The notes beneath the pieces were generated by a model. It did not search any database, was not told the DNA's origin, and was given only the letters and a program-made list of their open reading frames with translations. A stretch of DNA of 64,000 bases, from assembly GCA_028023455.1 (NCBI GenBank), contig JAQFVV010000002.1, positions 24,676,001 through 24,740,000 on the forward strand. Direction: 5' to 3'. Origin of the DNA: Epiperipatus broadwayi. Its lineage: Eukaryota > Animalia > Onychophora. The translations under genes and the position numbers were made by a program. Below, piece after piece: positions 1 through 12,494 of the stretch (position 1 is the first letter of the stretch; each line of letters begins with the position of its first letter).

Positions 1-802
1 AAGGGAAATCTTGCTAAAACTGCCAATGCTGGAGCGCATTCCTTGCAGTACAATTATAGGAGGTTGGGGAATAGCCCATTTGAAACAAGGTATGAATAAT
101 GAACACATTCAACAGACTTATGTAATAGCTATTCAACTTTCAACATCCCACATCATGAAGAATAAAGAAATTTAAGCAAGCAAATATTTAAACACATTAA
201 TTACTATTTCAAATTATGGAGCATAAATTAAAATGAATAAAGTAACCGTTAAAAAAAAAAAAAAATGCATAAGTTAACAGCAGCAGAAGATAAATTATTT
301 TTGATTTCCAAAGATGAGAAAGAAACGGAAAAGTCCATTCTTATAAAGTTAGAAAATGCAGGGAAATGGTAGAATGGTGGTGGATGGGATTTGAATAATG
401 ACATAAATATTAACTACCTGGAAAAAAAAAAAATAAAACAATTATTGTCTGTGGTATTAAAATGATAAATATTAATTGGGATAAAACCTAATTATTTTTA
501 ATATTAACCCTTTCAACAATAAAATAAGAAGTGTATATTTAACTAATTAAACAATGCATAAATGTCTGTACGTGACAAAATAAATACACAAATGCTATTA
601 AATTAAGATAACTATTGATATTCATAAATCAAACTGATAAACTACAAACCTCAACTTTGCCTGAATATATTGCATTAATTTTAAAATATTACACAAATTT
701 ATATATGTTCAAATATATATATTAGCAACGGACGGTAGCATTTAATCTTTTATAAAAAATTTTAAAAAATCTTCAGACAGTAAGAACTCTAGTTGTAAAG
801 AA

Positions 803-1120
803 ATCATCATCATCATTATCAACAACCATTATCAATCCACTGCAGGATGAAGGTCTCTCGAAGTTTAATTCATCTTCTACGTTCTTTAGCTTCTCTTCAC
901 ATCACTCCTGCACACTTTCTTATTTCATCCATCCATCTCATATGTGGTCTCTTTCTGGGTCTTTTATAATCTCTTGGAATCCAGTTTAAGATTTCAATTG
1001 TCCATCTATTACCATCTCTTCTAGCAATATGTTCAGCCCAACTCCACTTCAATCTTTTAATTTTTTCAACGAGGTCAGTAACACCTGTTTGTTCTCTTAC
1101 CCACACATTGCGTTTTTGAT
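803..1120 (-). mobile_element. RTE-clade LINE, 5'-truncated 3' fragment
   Basis: Minus-strand ORF WVREQTGVTDLVEKIKRLKWSWAEHIARRDGNRWT...; ends in a (TGA)n tail (CATCATCAT on +); near-identical to 12109-12494. No clear TSD. Confidence 0.9.
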
Positions 1121-1592
1121 AAAACTACATAAATAAAAAATCGGATGGCTTTATTGCTAGAAAATTCACAAAAAGTTCAAACGCTGGAATTGATAAAGCT
1201 GCGATCCTAAACTTAAAGTTTGAGTTTGTCGTTCTAACCTGCATCAAAACATGCAGGCATAAAGACAATCAACCATACATTTGCTCTAAAGTAATTAAAT
1301 CATACCATTGCAAAATCCTGAGAATAGTATTGGATTGGAGTATCGATAGTCGACAAAAGTATGAATCTATTTCAAGAGTATTTCAAGACACTAGCAAAAG
1401 TAATAGCCTCTGCTAGTCAAAAGGTGAATGGGTGTGTGTTTTATTTGTAATTATACACAATGATCAATTTATAAAGAATAAACAATGCTCCCTCCCCATT
1501 ATAAATCAAATAACAAACACTGGTTATATTTAAAAAAAACTGACCAACTTCTAGGAATAAGAGTTTCTTGTAAAATAGACATCCTCTTAAAG

Positions 1593-2020
1593 CAGGGGTG
1601 GACAATTGTTTTGGCTCAGAGGCCGCAGAGGTTGGCAGAGGGCAACATCGGGGGCCATTTTGTGGAAGCGAAGGTTAATGGAGGGCCTCACCTTTTTTCA
1701 TGACACAATAGACACTGCATTATTCCTTGTATTACCAAAGAAATATTTGTTTGCCCATTCTTCATTAAACACATGACATTCATCATCAATTTTACATTTT
1801 TTTGGAGGGTTCATGGTTTCACTAAAGTTGGAAATGTATATATTTGCTAATGCAAAAACAAAATTGAAATTAACCAGATCAACTGGAAAAGCACTGCACA
1901 TCGCAGCCATCCTAGTGGAAAATATAAGACAAATCTTCGGTCGCACACGGAGAGGAAATCTCAGTTCAAAGCGTATTTTTGTGATTGTCTTGGTGGGCCG
2001 CCACATGTTGCCCACCCCTG
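1593..2020 (-). mobile_element. hAT (Charlie/Buster-like) internal-deletion derivative
   Basis: TIRs CAGGGGTGGACAA / TTGCCCACCCCTG; 8-bp TSD tcttaaag (1585-1592) / ccttaaag (2021-2028); minus-strand peptide PPKKCKIDDECHVFNEEWANKYFF resembles the N-terminus of Charlie/GTF2IRD2-type transposases. Confidence 0.85.
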
Positions 2021-3386
2021 CCTTAAAGCAATCTGGGAGTCAGTTATTACGTGTTAACACATGATAGAGTACTTTAGTTATATATTCTCTTCTAAACACA
2101 ACATGATATCAACCCAAATTTTAAAAGAATGATTTAAACTTTAATTTTATTACTTTACCCAATATATCAAGAGGTTGCTCAGGATTTTTCATTTTTTCCT
2201 TCCTTTTCCTCTGTTTCTCTGTGAGAAGCTCTTGAAAAAGTCCATATTCTGCAATGGACTAATTAAAAAAGTTGTTTACCTTCAATCTGTATATATTAGA
2301 TACACTCAAAACTTCAATTCCACTACACATTTTTGAAAAATAAATAAAGAATCTGAAAAATACAAATGATCCCAAGTTCATGTTGAACTAGTGATGGAGA
2401 AGAAATTTTAAGAATATCTAAAAAAGATATTATATATGGAAAGCGATAAAGTATAAAATACTTTGTAAATATATACATCCATATATTCGATTTCACATTA
2501 AAAAATCAAACTTTATGTAATAGTTCTAATAATAATAATAACTTCTGGGAATTTAAATTTAGAAAAATTTAGTTGCTTTTTAAAAAAAAAAAAACTAAAT
2601 GAAATCCTATTAATACACATTCCTACAGTAAATTACACAAAAAGTAAACCCTGACTGCAATATATATATATATTGAAACAGTATGATTTAGCCATCATAC
2701 AGTTTCACCTACTATATAACACAGTAGTCTTCATTTTCTCAATTCAAACCCTAGAAGTGCACGTATATAACCATATACTAGATAATTTAATATATATAGA
2801 AGCGTATATTTATGCATATATAGGTGTAATTGTATATTCACACACATCTACTATTTTAAATGGTGGTATAAGCATTTTGTAATATTAGATAAATATTTTT
2901 ATTTACAAGAAATTGTATATTCGCATGTCGGATTGATATTATTATGTATAATGTACATACCCTTGTAATTTCATATAAAGATTTGTTTTATGATTTTAAG
3001 TTATTAAATTTGGTTTAAGCTGTGGACATTGTATATATATGAGAACATACCTATGTATATATGCGAAGGTAACTGTAATGTAATCGGTTTGCTAAACATT
3101 ATAAGTTTTCTAAATTATTTCCAAACTGCCTTTAAAGTATTCAATTTACTAAATTGCTAGTATCCGCATATAGTAATTAAAGTCAGAGGTAATTTTCTTA
3201 GATATATGCTATCTGTTGGCAGTTTGAATCTCTTTGAAAAAAAAAAAGAAATTAACTGTTTAAAAAAAAAAAGAAATTCAAGGTTTATGGCTACCTCAAG
3301 TACTTCACACTAAGCTGAGAAACAAACTTTGTTAATCTTATAAAATACCACCTGCAATAAATCCAGCGGAACTTTATAATTCTTAT

Positions 3387-4080
3387 CCAGACTCAAGCAT
3401 TTTGAATTAAGAGTGTGAAGCTTAAAATACCTTCACATTTAATTTACTAAATATTATATATAAATAAACAACATGAAATCTTTCGATTTACTATGAAGCA
3501 ATTTTCAAATCTAATGAAATGATAGTAACAAATGTAAATATAACAAATGTATTAAGTGCAAGCAGATAACATTGTAATAACGTGAAAGCTAAAACCTTCA
3601 AAAGATGCACTTTAAACATGCTTATGTGACAGCCAATCAGATGTAATAATGACTGCATGTTATTACAATGTTATCTGCGTGCACTTAATAAATTTGATAT
3701 ATTTACATTTGTTACTATCATTTCATTAGATTTGAAAATTGCTTCGTAGTAAATCAAAAGATTTCGCATTGTTTATTTATATATAATATTTAGTGAATTA
3801 AATGTGAAGGTATTTTAAGCTTCACACTCTTAATTTGAAATGCTTGAGTTTGGCTTATTTATATATAAATTTAAGCATAGAAGAAGGTGGGTCCTATCTT
3901 TTTCTTATAGTTCTGACTTGTGTTTTAGAATTAAGATAAGTTCTACATGCAGTCATTATTACATCTGATTGGCTGTCACATAAGCATGTTTAAAGCACAT
4001 CTTTAGAAGGTTTTAGCTTTCATGTTATTACAATGTTATCTGCTTGCACTTAATAAATTTGATATATTTGTTTTTGTTAT
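3387..4080. repeat. Fold-back (195-bp arms, 77-nt loop) plus a displaced inverted copy of the loop
   Basis: 3387-3581 is the reverse complement of 3659-3853; 3945-~4080 is the reverse complement of ~3525-3660. Confidence 0.9.
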
Positions 4081-7000
4081 TGTTATTAATAAAGTTATTT
4101 CATTATTAAAATTATTCCAGTGAATTTTAATTTTACATATTTTTAGGATATTATGTAAATTATCTCTTGGTCACAGTAACAATTATAGAACTTACGTTCT
4201 CTGAGCTAGATTCGTGCATAATGGTCTGATATATAAAAGGAGATGTATTTAGTGCTTAAGGAGCATCCAGTTATGATTGATATATCCTGATTGGCACATA
4301 TTATATTCTTTAAAGCCTCTGCACTACATTTTATGTAGTTCAGTCCATTGGAAATTAAGTTTATAGCTGTTCAGTACATTAATAGTACTAAGTGGCCACA
4401 GCATTGATGATAATCACCATGTTTTAATATCCCAGCATTATTGTTTTTTATGTTTATTTATTCTGATGAATGAGCACTTGGTGAATCCAAGTTATGTTTG
4501 CCCCAAGCTGGCAAAGGCTCAATAGTTAGCCTGGCGTACAGTAGACCCATTTCAAATCCAGCCACAAGATAGACTGTTGATTTTTGTATTGATGTATTTT
4601 GATTGATTGATCATTCATGATGATGAATAGGTATTCTGAGTATTACTTATTTATATTTATTTTAATGCTGGTGGATTTATAATTATACTTTTAGTTGCTT
4701 TGAGGAGTAACTGAGCTGATCTCTCAAGATCACACAGAGATTTCTCTCTCATGCTCTTCTTTAATAGATAAAATAACTTACCTATTTTTTTATTTTAAAT
4801 ATTCATTTAATATCATCCTTTAAATCTCTTACTTTAATATCTTACTCTATATTACTCTCACTTTAATCTCCACTTTAATATCTTATTTTATTCAACTTTA
4901 GATATTTAATAATTAATTTTAAATTTTCTCTGTTTGACTTGATTTTCCATCGCCCCAGGTATGACCACCCTACTTTCCACCCCATTACAAATGGCACCCA
5001 ATGTGACCCATCTTCCCAGGGATGACTTCTTGATACACCCACCCTGTTACAATATATATACATACCCATACAGTATGAAAACAGGGTAGCAAGAGAATAC
5101 AACTAATAAGCAATTAAAGAAATCATCAATAGAAATAATAACAAGTAATAAATATGACAAACAGCAGCTGCAAAGAATTAAAAACAGTCAAAATCAATAT
5201 CAGCAGCAAGTTAATCAACAGTCATCCTTTGTGACCAAATTTAAAAGAGACATATTTAAAATTTAGGCATATTTAAAATTTAGGCTAATCATCACCAAGT
5301 AAATGCCAATTATGAGGCATAATATTATAAAAACTAGCATTAATATTTATGCTGCATGCATATACATAAGCATTAAAACAGTTTATAATAATGAGCATAT
5401 CAAAAGTACTAAAATCCTTATAACAGTTCTGATCATCATTAATTTTCTAGGTCATTAGATACCATGAATATACTGGCCACCAATAAATTAGGTATCATCA
5501 TATAACATAATTAATGTGGAACTTTAAAGTGGCATTTATCACTTTAGCACTAACTAAATAATTATAAACTAAGATATATAGATGTTCATACACATTCTAC
5601 ATATTATTAAACCAAAGCTAGCTTTGAAATCACAAGGACTGGTGGAGCAAAGAAAATAAACAATAGTTTAAATTATACTAGTATTTAAATAACTTCACTG
5701 GAGAAACTTAAAGTAGTAATTAATAAATTTATTGACCATGTTACGAATAATGATAATGATAAAAAGAGAGTTGTAGAAAACCTATATTACAAAAAAAATA
5801 GTCTGATTTTGACTGTTTACAAATATCTGAAAATATTTCAAAAGAATGAAAAACAAAACGATACTTGCAATATTGTTTATATTGTAGTTTACAGAAATAC
5901 CAGGGTTATAAGTGGCCATAAAGATCACACGTGCATGTCTGTTAATATAAAATATTCCAGTTATTATTATCATTACTTTACTTAACTATATAGGCCAATA
6001 TTATTCTATTTTTATAAATCATCAACTTTTAAATGTATATACAGTACTCACTTGAACAAGATCATCTGTTATAAAAATAATATCTCAATTTCCAATAATT
6101 AACTCATTAAATTTGCAATCCAATATTATTCTATTTTAACCATATATAAATAGTATGTCATCTTATATGTAGTACGTATCCATATACAAATGATTAATTT
6201 CCTTTAACCTACAAACTGAATTAATTTTGCAATCTAATTATAAAAACCAACTGTATAGTAAAACTTAACCACAACATCTGAATATATTGTTCTAATTCTA
6301 AAACAAGTCTTTTATAAATGACAACAAAATTCAAAGAAAATATACTTAAGAATTTCTATTCTTACGAGATGGATAATTTATTCGGTTTATTCAAAACTTA
6401 TTTACTTTTAAAACAAATTAATACTGTAGAGAAAATGCTAAATATTCTTTCTTTTGGTTAGAAGTAAATTTGTTAATAGCAGAGTTAATGTTTGAAATAA
6501 ATGATTATTAATATACATTTTATTCACTTTCCAATTTCTTCCATCTGTGCTTCATATATAATGTAAAATAGCTCTCGTGCATGAACAGTATACATACAAA
6601 TTACAATTTCTTTTGTCTATGATTCCATGCATTTATAAAGTTGTATAGGTATAGAGTATAGTTCTCAAGTTTCAAGATTAGGCTTCTATATATGGATTAT
6701 CAGTATGACACATCTTGATTAGCAGATAGACAAAATAAGTACTGATAGTCCTTTAATAATTTATGAATTTTGACTGGACAGTGCCTATTTCATATATATT
6801 TAGCTATGAAATATCCCACTTTACCTTTCCAGAAGTTCAACATTAATCAGCTTGGAGACTAGCAACAACTGCCTTCCCTTTAGAGCTGACTTTCTCCACA
6901 TTAATCTCTGTTAAACTGAACTTATTATTTACAGTAAATACAATGAAATTTATAAACAGAATGAATAACAGTAAGTTTTTGCTTTCTGGTTACTAAAAAC

Positions 7001-7473
7001 ATTGTTCTGGGTTTTTTATTAATTTATTTTCTTGAAAACCAAAAATAAGTTTTAATTTAAAAAAATTATTTCTTAATTCTTAAAGTAAAACAGATTAGAA
7101 TTTTTAATTAAGTGTACACTACAAAAACATCCTCATTTTAGACAAAAATAGTTTCTTTCATTGTTAAATTAAAAATTTCAAATTTTTGTCAAAATTAGAA
7201 ATAAGTCAAATAAAATATTTGTATTAAATATATCCTTATTTATATAATTTCAAATAATTTATAAACTTCAAAAATACCAAGAAATATTATCACTTAACAT
7301 TTTAATTAATTTGAACTTTATTTAAAATAATTATATACTTAAATTTTGCCTGTGTTTATTTCTACTTTTCCTTTTAACATTTAAACACATATGCACACAC
7401 AATAAGTATTGTGTTCCACTAAGACTAATTAATCACATTACCAATATATATAATTTATAACAAATCACTTAAT

Positions 7474-7898
7474 TAAATTGAGAGACTGGAAATCTCACTG
7501 CGTTCATTATAATGCTTATCTGACAGCCAATCAGTTGTTACGGTGGCTGTGCGAATGACAATCAAACCGTAAACACATGACAAAGAATTTATGAGAAAAG
7601 GGTGGCCCTTTTCTCATAAATTCTTTGTCATGTGTTTACGGTTTGATTGTCATTCGCACAGCCACCGTAACAACTGATTGGCTGTCAGATAAGCATTATA
7701 ATGAATGCAGTGAGATTTCCAGCGCCCTTTTCTCATAAATTCTTTGTCATGTGTTTACGGTTTGATTGTCATTCGCACAGCCACCGTAACATCTGATTGG
7801 CTGTCAGATAAGCATTATAATGAGCGCAGTGAGATTTCCAGTCTCTCAATTTAATTTCAGTTTCAACTATCTGTGCTTCGCAAATTAAAATATTATTT
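7474..7898 (+). mobile_element. Near-perfect palindromic insertion (X, X', X') with unpaired tail and 14-bp TSD
   Basis: Arm 7486-7602, 3-nt loop TGG, arm 7606-7722 (1 mismatch), second tandem arm 7725-7856; tail to 7898; acaaatcacttaat at 7460-7473 and 7899-7912. Confidence 0.85.
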
Positions 7899-8064
7899 AC
7901 AAATCACTTAATGTATATTGTATATATAAATATAAAGTGAATGTTTGGAAATAAAAATGAAATAAATGTAAAATGTATGTTAAATAAAGTGTGGGTTAAA
8001 TCATATTACATATTTAAATATATATATAATCGTTTTTGGATTAAACCCTGTATGGTTTTTTTTA

Positions 8065-10640
8065 AATTCCCAATGTTTAGACAAAATATCTTTTATCGCT
8101 GTCAAGGTTAAGTCTAAATAAAGAACTATTAGATCTTAAATAATAATGTGATTGAACTAGTAAAGAACAATCATTCTCATATATATTTGACGGTTGATTA
8201 TTTGGAATAGGTGGATTAACAAAACTTTTTATTTCCTTCAGTTTTACAATTAATTGATTTCAAATTGGTTTTAGAAAAAAGAGATAAAATAAATGGTCTT
8301 CACAAGACTGGAATATGCTGTGCTTCATCAGAATTATTCAAATCATCTGGTCTTTTTAATATTTCAATAGTCTCTCGTGGTTTTCAAAGCATACATTTCC
8401 AGATCAACAAGTATTTTAGCATTTACCACAATTCTTATAACCATTGAGAGCTAACATTCTATCAAAAATTAAAATTCAACTCATTTTATATCTATTATTA
8501 AGAACCTAAAGCTAGCTAAAAGGGATTTATTAGCTAGTTTTGATGTCTCTTTTATGTTTACCAAAATTCCTGTTGAAGAAGTTTTATCTATAATAGATCA
8601 ACACAATAATTTGCCTGATTTTATTATTCCATTAGCAAAACATTACTCTGAAAATACATTTTTTATTCATGACTTTCAAAAGTATAAACAAATTAATGGA
8701 CTTTCTATGGGATCTCCATTAACACTATAATTGCTGATCTCTTCAGGAATAATTTTGAAAATCAAATACTAACTGCAGCTGGTAAAAGACTTATTTGGCT
8801 CAGATATATAGATGACATATTTGTTATATAGCCTCATGGTATTGATGTCTTGAATTCTTTTCTTGATTTTTCTTAATGGATTGCATCCTGCTAAATTTAC
8901 CATCGAAGTCAAAAATAACAAAACACCTGATTTTCTAGTTGTTTTAATTGCTAAATCATTGGATAACTCTTTATCAATATCTGTTTATAGAAAATCTACT
9001 CATATAAAAGGTATCTTCATTTTAATTCTCATCATCATCATTACACTCATATACATTCTGTAGCAAAAACGTTTCATGAGAGCATATAGTTTGCCTGATA
9101 AAGATAGCTTGCTCAAGAATTAGAACTAACTAAAAATACACTAATTTCTAATGGTTACAATAAAACATCATATAATAAAGTTTTGCATACCATTGATACT
9201 AAGAAGAAATGACAATCCAACTAGTTATAAAGTCGTTTCAACTTATATTAAAGGACTCACTGATAAGATCAGTATAAGACTCTAATTTCAATATTAGACT
9301 CCTTTTCTGTGAAGCAAATTTCCATGACTGCAAACCAATCAGGGAAGACAGAAAATGGCCTAAGGATTATTATAGATACAAAAATTAATCATAAAACTAA
9401 AGGAAAAAAAAATCCAGTGTTAAATTGTTCATAGGAAAAAAGATACGACATCGTCGTGTCAAACCAGAAGTTGCTGAATGCGGCTAAACAGTGTAGATCG
9501 GAAAATTATTTTAAATTTTCATTCGATCTCAATTTTAGAATTGAACATTATAGATTATGACTCAAGCTATCTCCCGGCACAAAAATCAGGTTTCTCTGAC
9601 AATCAGAACAGAAGTTATTACACCACTTCCGGTGAATTGGGGGCCTCAAAAATAAATAAAAATAAATTTTTTTTTTCAAATCAACACAGAATTACAACAA
9701 AGTGATTTGCGAGCAAAAAAGTAATAATTCAAAAACAAAATTAGTACAAATGATGTTTTAGACCTAAACAGAAACATTGAAGCTGCAAATTATTCATCCT
9801 CTTTCAAGCAATAATTATTGAGAACATTCCAAAGTTCAACAACAAACTTTCAGATTATACAACTGAATCCTTGATTACTAAGCAAGACCTAAAATTCAAT
9901 CATAGGAAGAAAATCCAATTAGTATCAACAAATAAGGTGTGTGCCGTTAATACACACCCTTTCCACATCCCTTTCCCTTTTCATATGTATCCTTCCCTTT
10001 TCACCACATTACTCCTGGATTTCATTTTTTACCAATCTTTGTAAAGCTCTTTTTTAACTGTATTTGTACCTTTTTTTTTTTTTTTGATGATAAAGTTTCA
10101 TCACTGAGGAAAAAAAAGACTCCTTTTCTACTACCAAACAAAAATGCTGATTTTTTCTGTAAACCTAAAAATGGAGTTACTTTTGGAATATCAAAGTATC
10201 TATAAAATTCCCACATTCACAATGCTCAACAAGCTATATAGGTCAATCTAATAGATGAATTAATGACAGAATTAGGGAACATAAAAATGCCATCAATCAA
10301 AAGTTAAATACATCAGCTTTTACTTAACATTTTTTAAAAAATTGGTTACATACCAGATTTTGATAATGCTAAAATACTCACTAATTTGGAAAAGTATGAT
10401 TTGAGAACCATATGAGTCTATTAAAATATTAAAAAGACTGGAAGGTTAAGATAAATCTGATGCTGTACAATGGATTCCAGCCTTGTGGAGACCATTTATT
10501 TTGTTAATCCACCTATTCTGAATAATCAGCCATCAAATATGTATAAAACAATGATGGTTCTTTATTTCATGCTCAATCTCATTATTATTTAAGACCCAAC
10601 AATTCTTTGTTAAGACCTTAACCTTGACAATGATAAACAA
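8065..10640 (+). mobile_element. Decayed Penelope-like element with inverted terminal (pseudo-LTR) repeats
   Basis: RT remnants on + at 8465-9290; the 3' end (RETIEI..KRPDD...W-R-P-F-I, typical of the PLE GIY-YIG C-terminus) is inverted at ~8065-8450 and forward at ~10340-10640; ~1 kb of unrelated sequence at 9300-10340. Confidence 0.8.
8465..9290 (+). pseudogene. Penelope-type reverse transcriptase, disrupted
   Basis: IKNSTHF, LASFDVSFMFTKIPV, YKQINGLSMGSPL, WLRYIDDIFVI, LHPAKFTIE, VYRKSTH motifs in order, with stops and frameshifts. Confidence 0.85.
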
Positions 10641-10771
10641 TACATAATTTAATTCAAAAAAGACTTTTCTTACATCATATAATCATGAAAATATTAAATA
10701 TAATATATATACACACCTGTAAATAAAGTCTTTGGGAGGGGGGGTTTAGAATGTGCATTATTTTGTTTAAA

Positions 10772-10870
10772 TTTCCAACATTTTGCTGAAATATCAATCA
10801 TCATTGTCAAGATTAAGGTCTTAATGAATAACTATTAGATCCTAAGTAATAACAAGATTGAACGTGAAAA
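10772..10870 (-). repeat. Third, partial copy of the PLE terminal repeat with heavily decayed hammerhead-like remnant
   Basis: Reverse complement of ~10567-10636; minus strand reads TTGACAA TG...C AAAA TGT TGG, compatible with CpG-decayed CTGACGA TG...C GAAA CGT TGG. Confidence 0.5.
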
Positions 10871-12108
10871 AAATATGTTCAATATCCAGAAAGTACAAAT
10901 GATCAAATCAAAGATCCACAAAAAAAATGTTTTAGCTATATTTATATTAATCATTAGATTTCAATGAGGGTAAAAGAAAATAAATGTAGATGAAGCTTAG
11001 ATGGTGTCAATTGAAAAAAACTTTGCATTCAACTAGTGCAACATGCAAACTCTTTGATAATTATAAGAAAAGCTATAAACACAGAAAAATATGTGTTCAA
11101 CAATAAACTGACAAACTGTAAATTTATGAAGCAATTGGAAGAATGACAAAAAATTGAAGCAGTACTTAAAAACCATGTTGAGAAACTTGGTACAGAGAAA
11201 TTTTAAGGTGAATTCTGAATAATGAAAACTGTTCAACAAATCATATAAATGACTAAAAAAAATAATTATCTCTACTTTGCTTTGACTAAAAAAAAAAAAA
11301 AAAAAGGCGAGGAGTTAGTATTTAATGTAGAAAAGAATTTGAAGAGCTATCCATTATGCAGAGTCCAGGGATGAAGATATACATTTTAAGTGTGCACGTG
11401 TATATTAATTTGTAGCTACAAAATAAATGAAATTATTAAATGTCATGTTGATGATCGAATTTCTAAGTTAATAAGATGTTTAAAAATAAAAACAAATTTA
11501 ATAATTAAAAAGTTCATTTTAACATGAGTTAATTTTTCTTTTTTTTTAATAATTCATCTTTGTTAGGCTGAATACTTGATATTATTGCTCATTAATAGTC
11601 TACAAATTATTTCACTGAGCTCTGACATAAATAATTAATAAATTCAGTATCTAATTATTAATCCTATACACAATAATCTGATTAAAAAACAATTACGGAA
11701 AATAAATTACTAATAAATTTCATTTTTAAAGTGTTATATAACGTTTATTTTTATATCCTGCAAGTTTTTATGCGTAAAAAGACTTAACAATTTTAGTTTT
11801 CATTATTGCAAAATATTTAAATTAATAATGGCGCTAGACATTGTATCCGTTGAAATAAAAAACTTTTTATAACTTACATGTTTACTTTTTTTTGTTTGTT
11901 TGTTTCAGAAGTCAGAATAGTTTAAACCCTTCATAAATATAGCTACATAATATTATAATAAACTAAAATTAAGAGCGTGCGAAGCGCTGGAGAGAGAAGC
12001 TATAAAGAGTACAAATTATAAGCCTATAAAATACTCAACAGCTTAGCGCTTTCTAGGCGAGTTGTCTCATATTCACAGCAATATTAATATCTATGTACAA
12101 TAGAAATT

Positions 12109-12494
12109 AGAAGAGCAATACAGAGACTTCAGACCACTCAAAGGAGTATGGAGAGATGTATGTTGGGAGTAACAAGAAGAGATCGAAAACGCAATGTATG
12201 GGTAAGACAACAAACAGGTGTTACTGACCTTATTGAAAAAATTAAAAGATTGAAATGGAGTTGGGCTGGACATATTGCTAGAAGAGATGATAATAGATGG
12301 ACAATTGAAATTTTAAACTGGATTCCAAGAGATTGTAAAAGACCCAGAAAGAGACCACATGTGAGATGGATGGATGAAATAAGAAAATGTGCAGGGGTGT
12401 TGTGGAGAAGAGAAGCTAAAGATCGGAGAAGATGGATTAAACTTGGAGAGACCTTCATCCTGCAGTGGACTGATAATGGTTGATGATGATGATG
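12109..12494 (+). mobile_element. RTE-clade LINE 3' fragment with TSD
   Basis: ORF ...MERCMLGVTRRDRKRN...WSWAGHIARR...ILQWTDNG* runs into a (TGA)n tail; 12-bp TSD acaatagaaatt at 12097-12108 and 12495-12506. Confidence 0.95.

Noticed and set aside
1-175. Possible exon (AAG|GTATGA at 89/90) or LINE remnant (IIGGWGIAHL, GGLG-like)
   Set aside because: Two open frames, neither recognisable; cut by the window edge; not RPC1 sequence.
350-440. Strong-looking minus-strand acceptor (T-run CCAG|G near 418)
   Set aside because: All three frames stop quickly or give no RPC1-like peptide; T-run plus AG is common here.
1123-1416. 97-codon stop-free frame on +
   Set aside because: No suitable start or splice signals and no recognisable motif; a few such frames are expected by chance in 64 kb.
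3720-3770. Hammerhead-like string TTGAAAA...C GAAA GATTTC in the 3.4-kb fold-back
   Set aside because: Two core mismatches, stem II out of register and only a 2-bp stem I.
4516-5051. tRNA-like A/B boxes (4516-4565) and possible solo LTR (4575-5051, TGT..ACA ends)
   Set aside because: Single copies in the window, no TSD, no cloverleaf.
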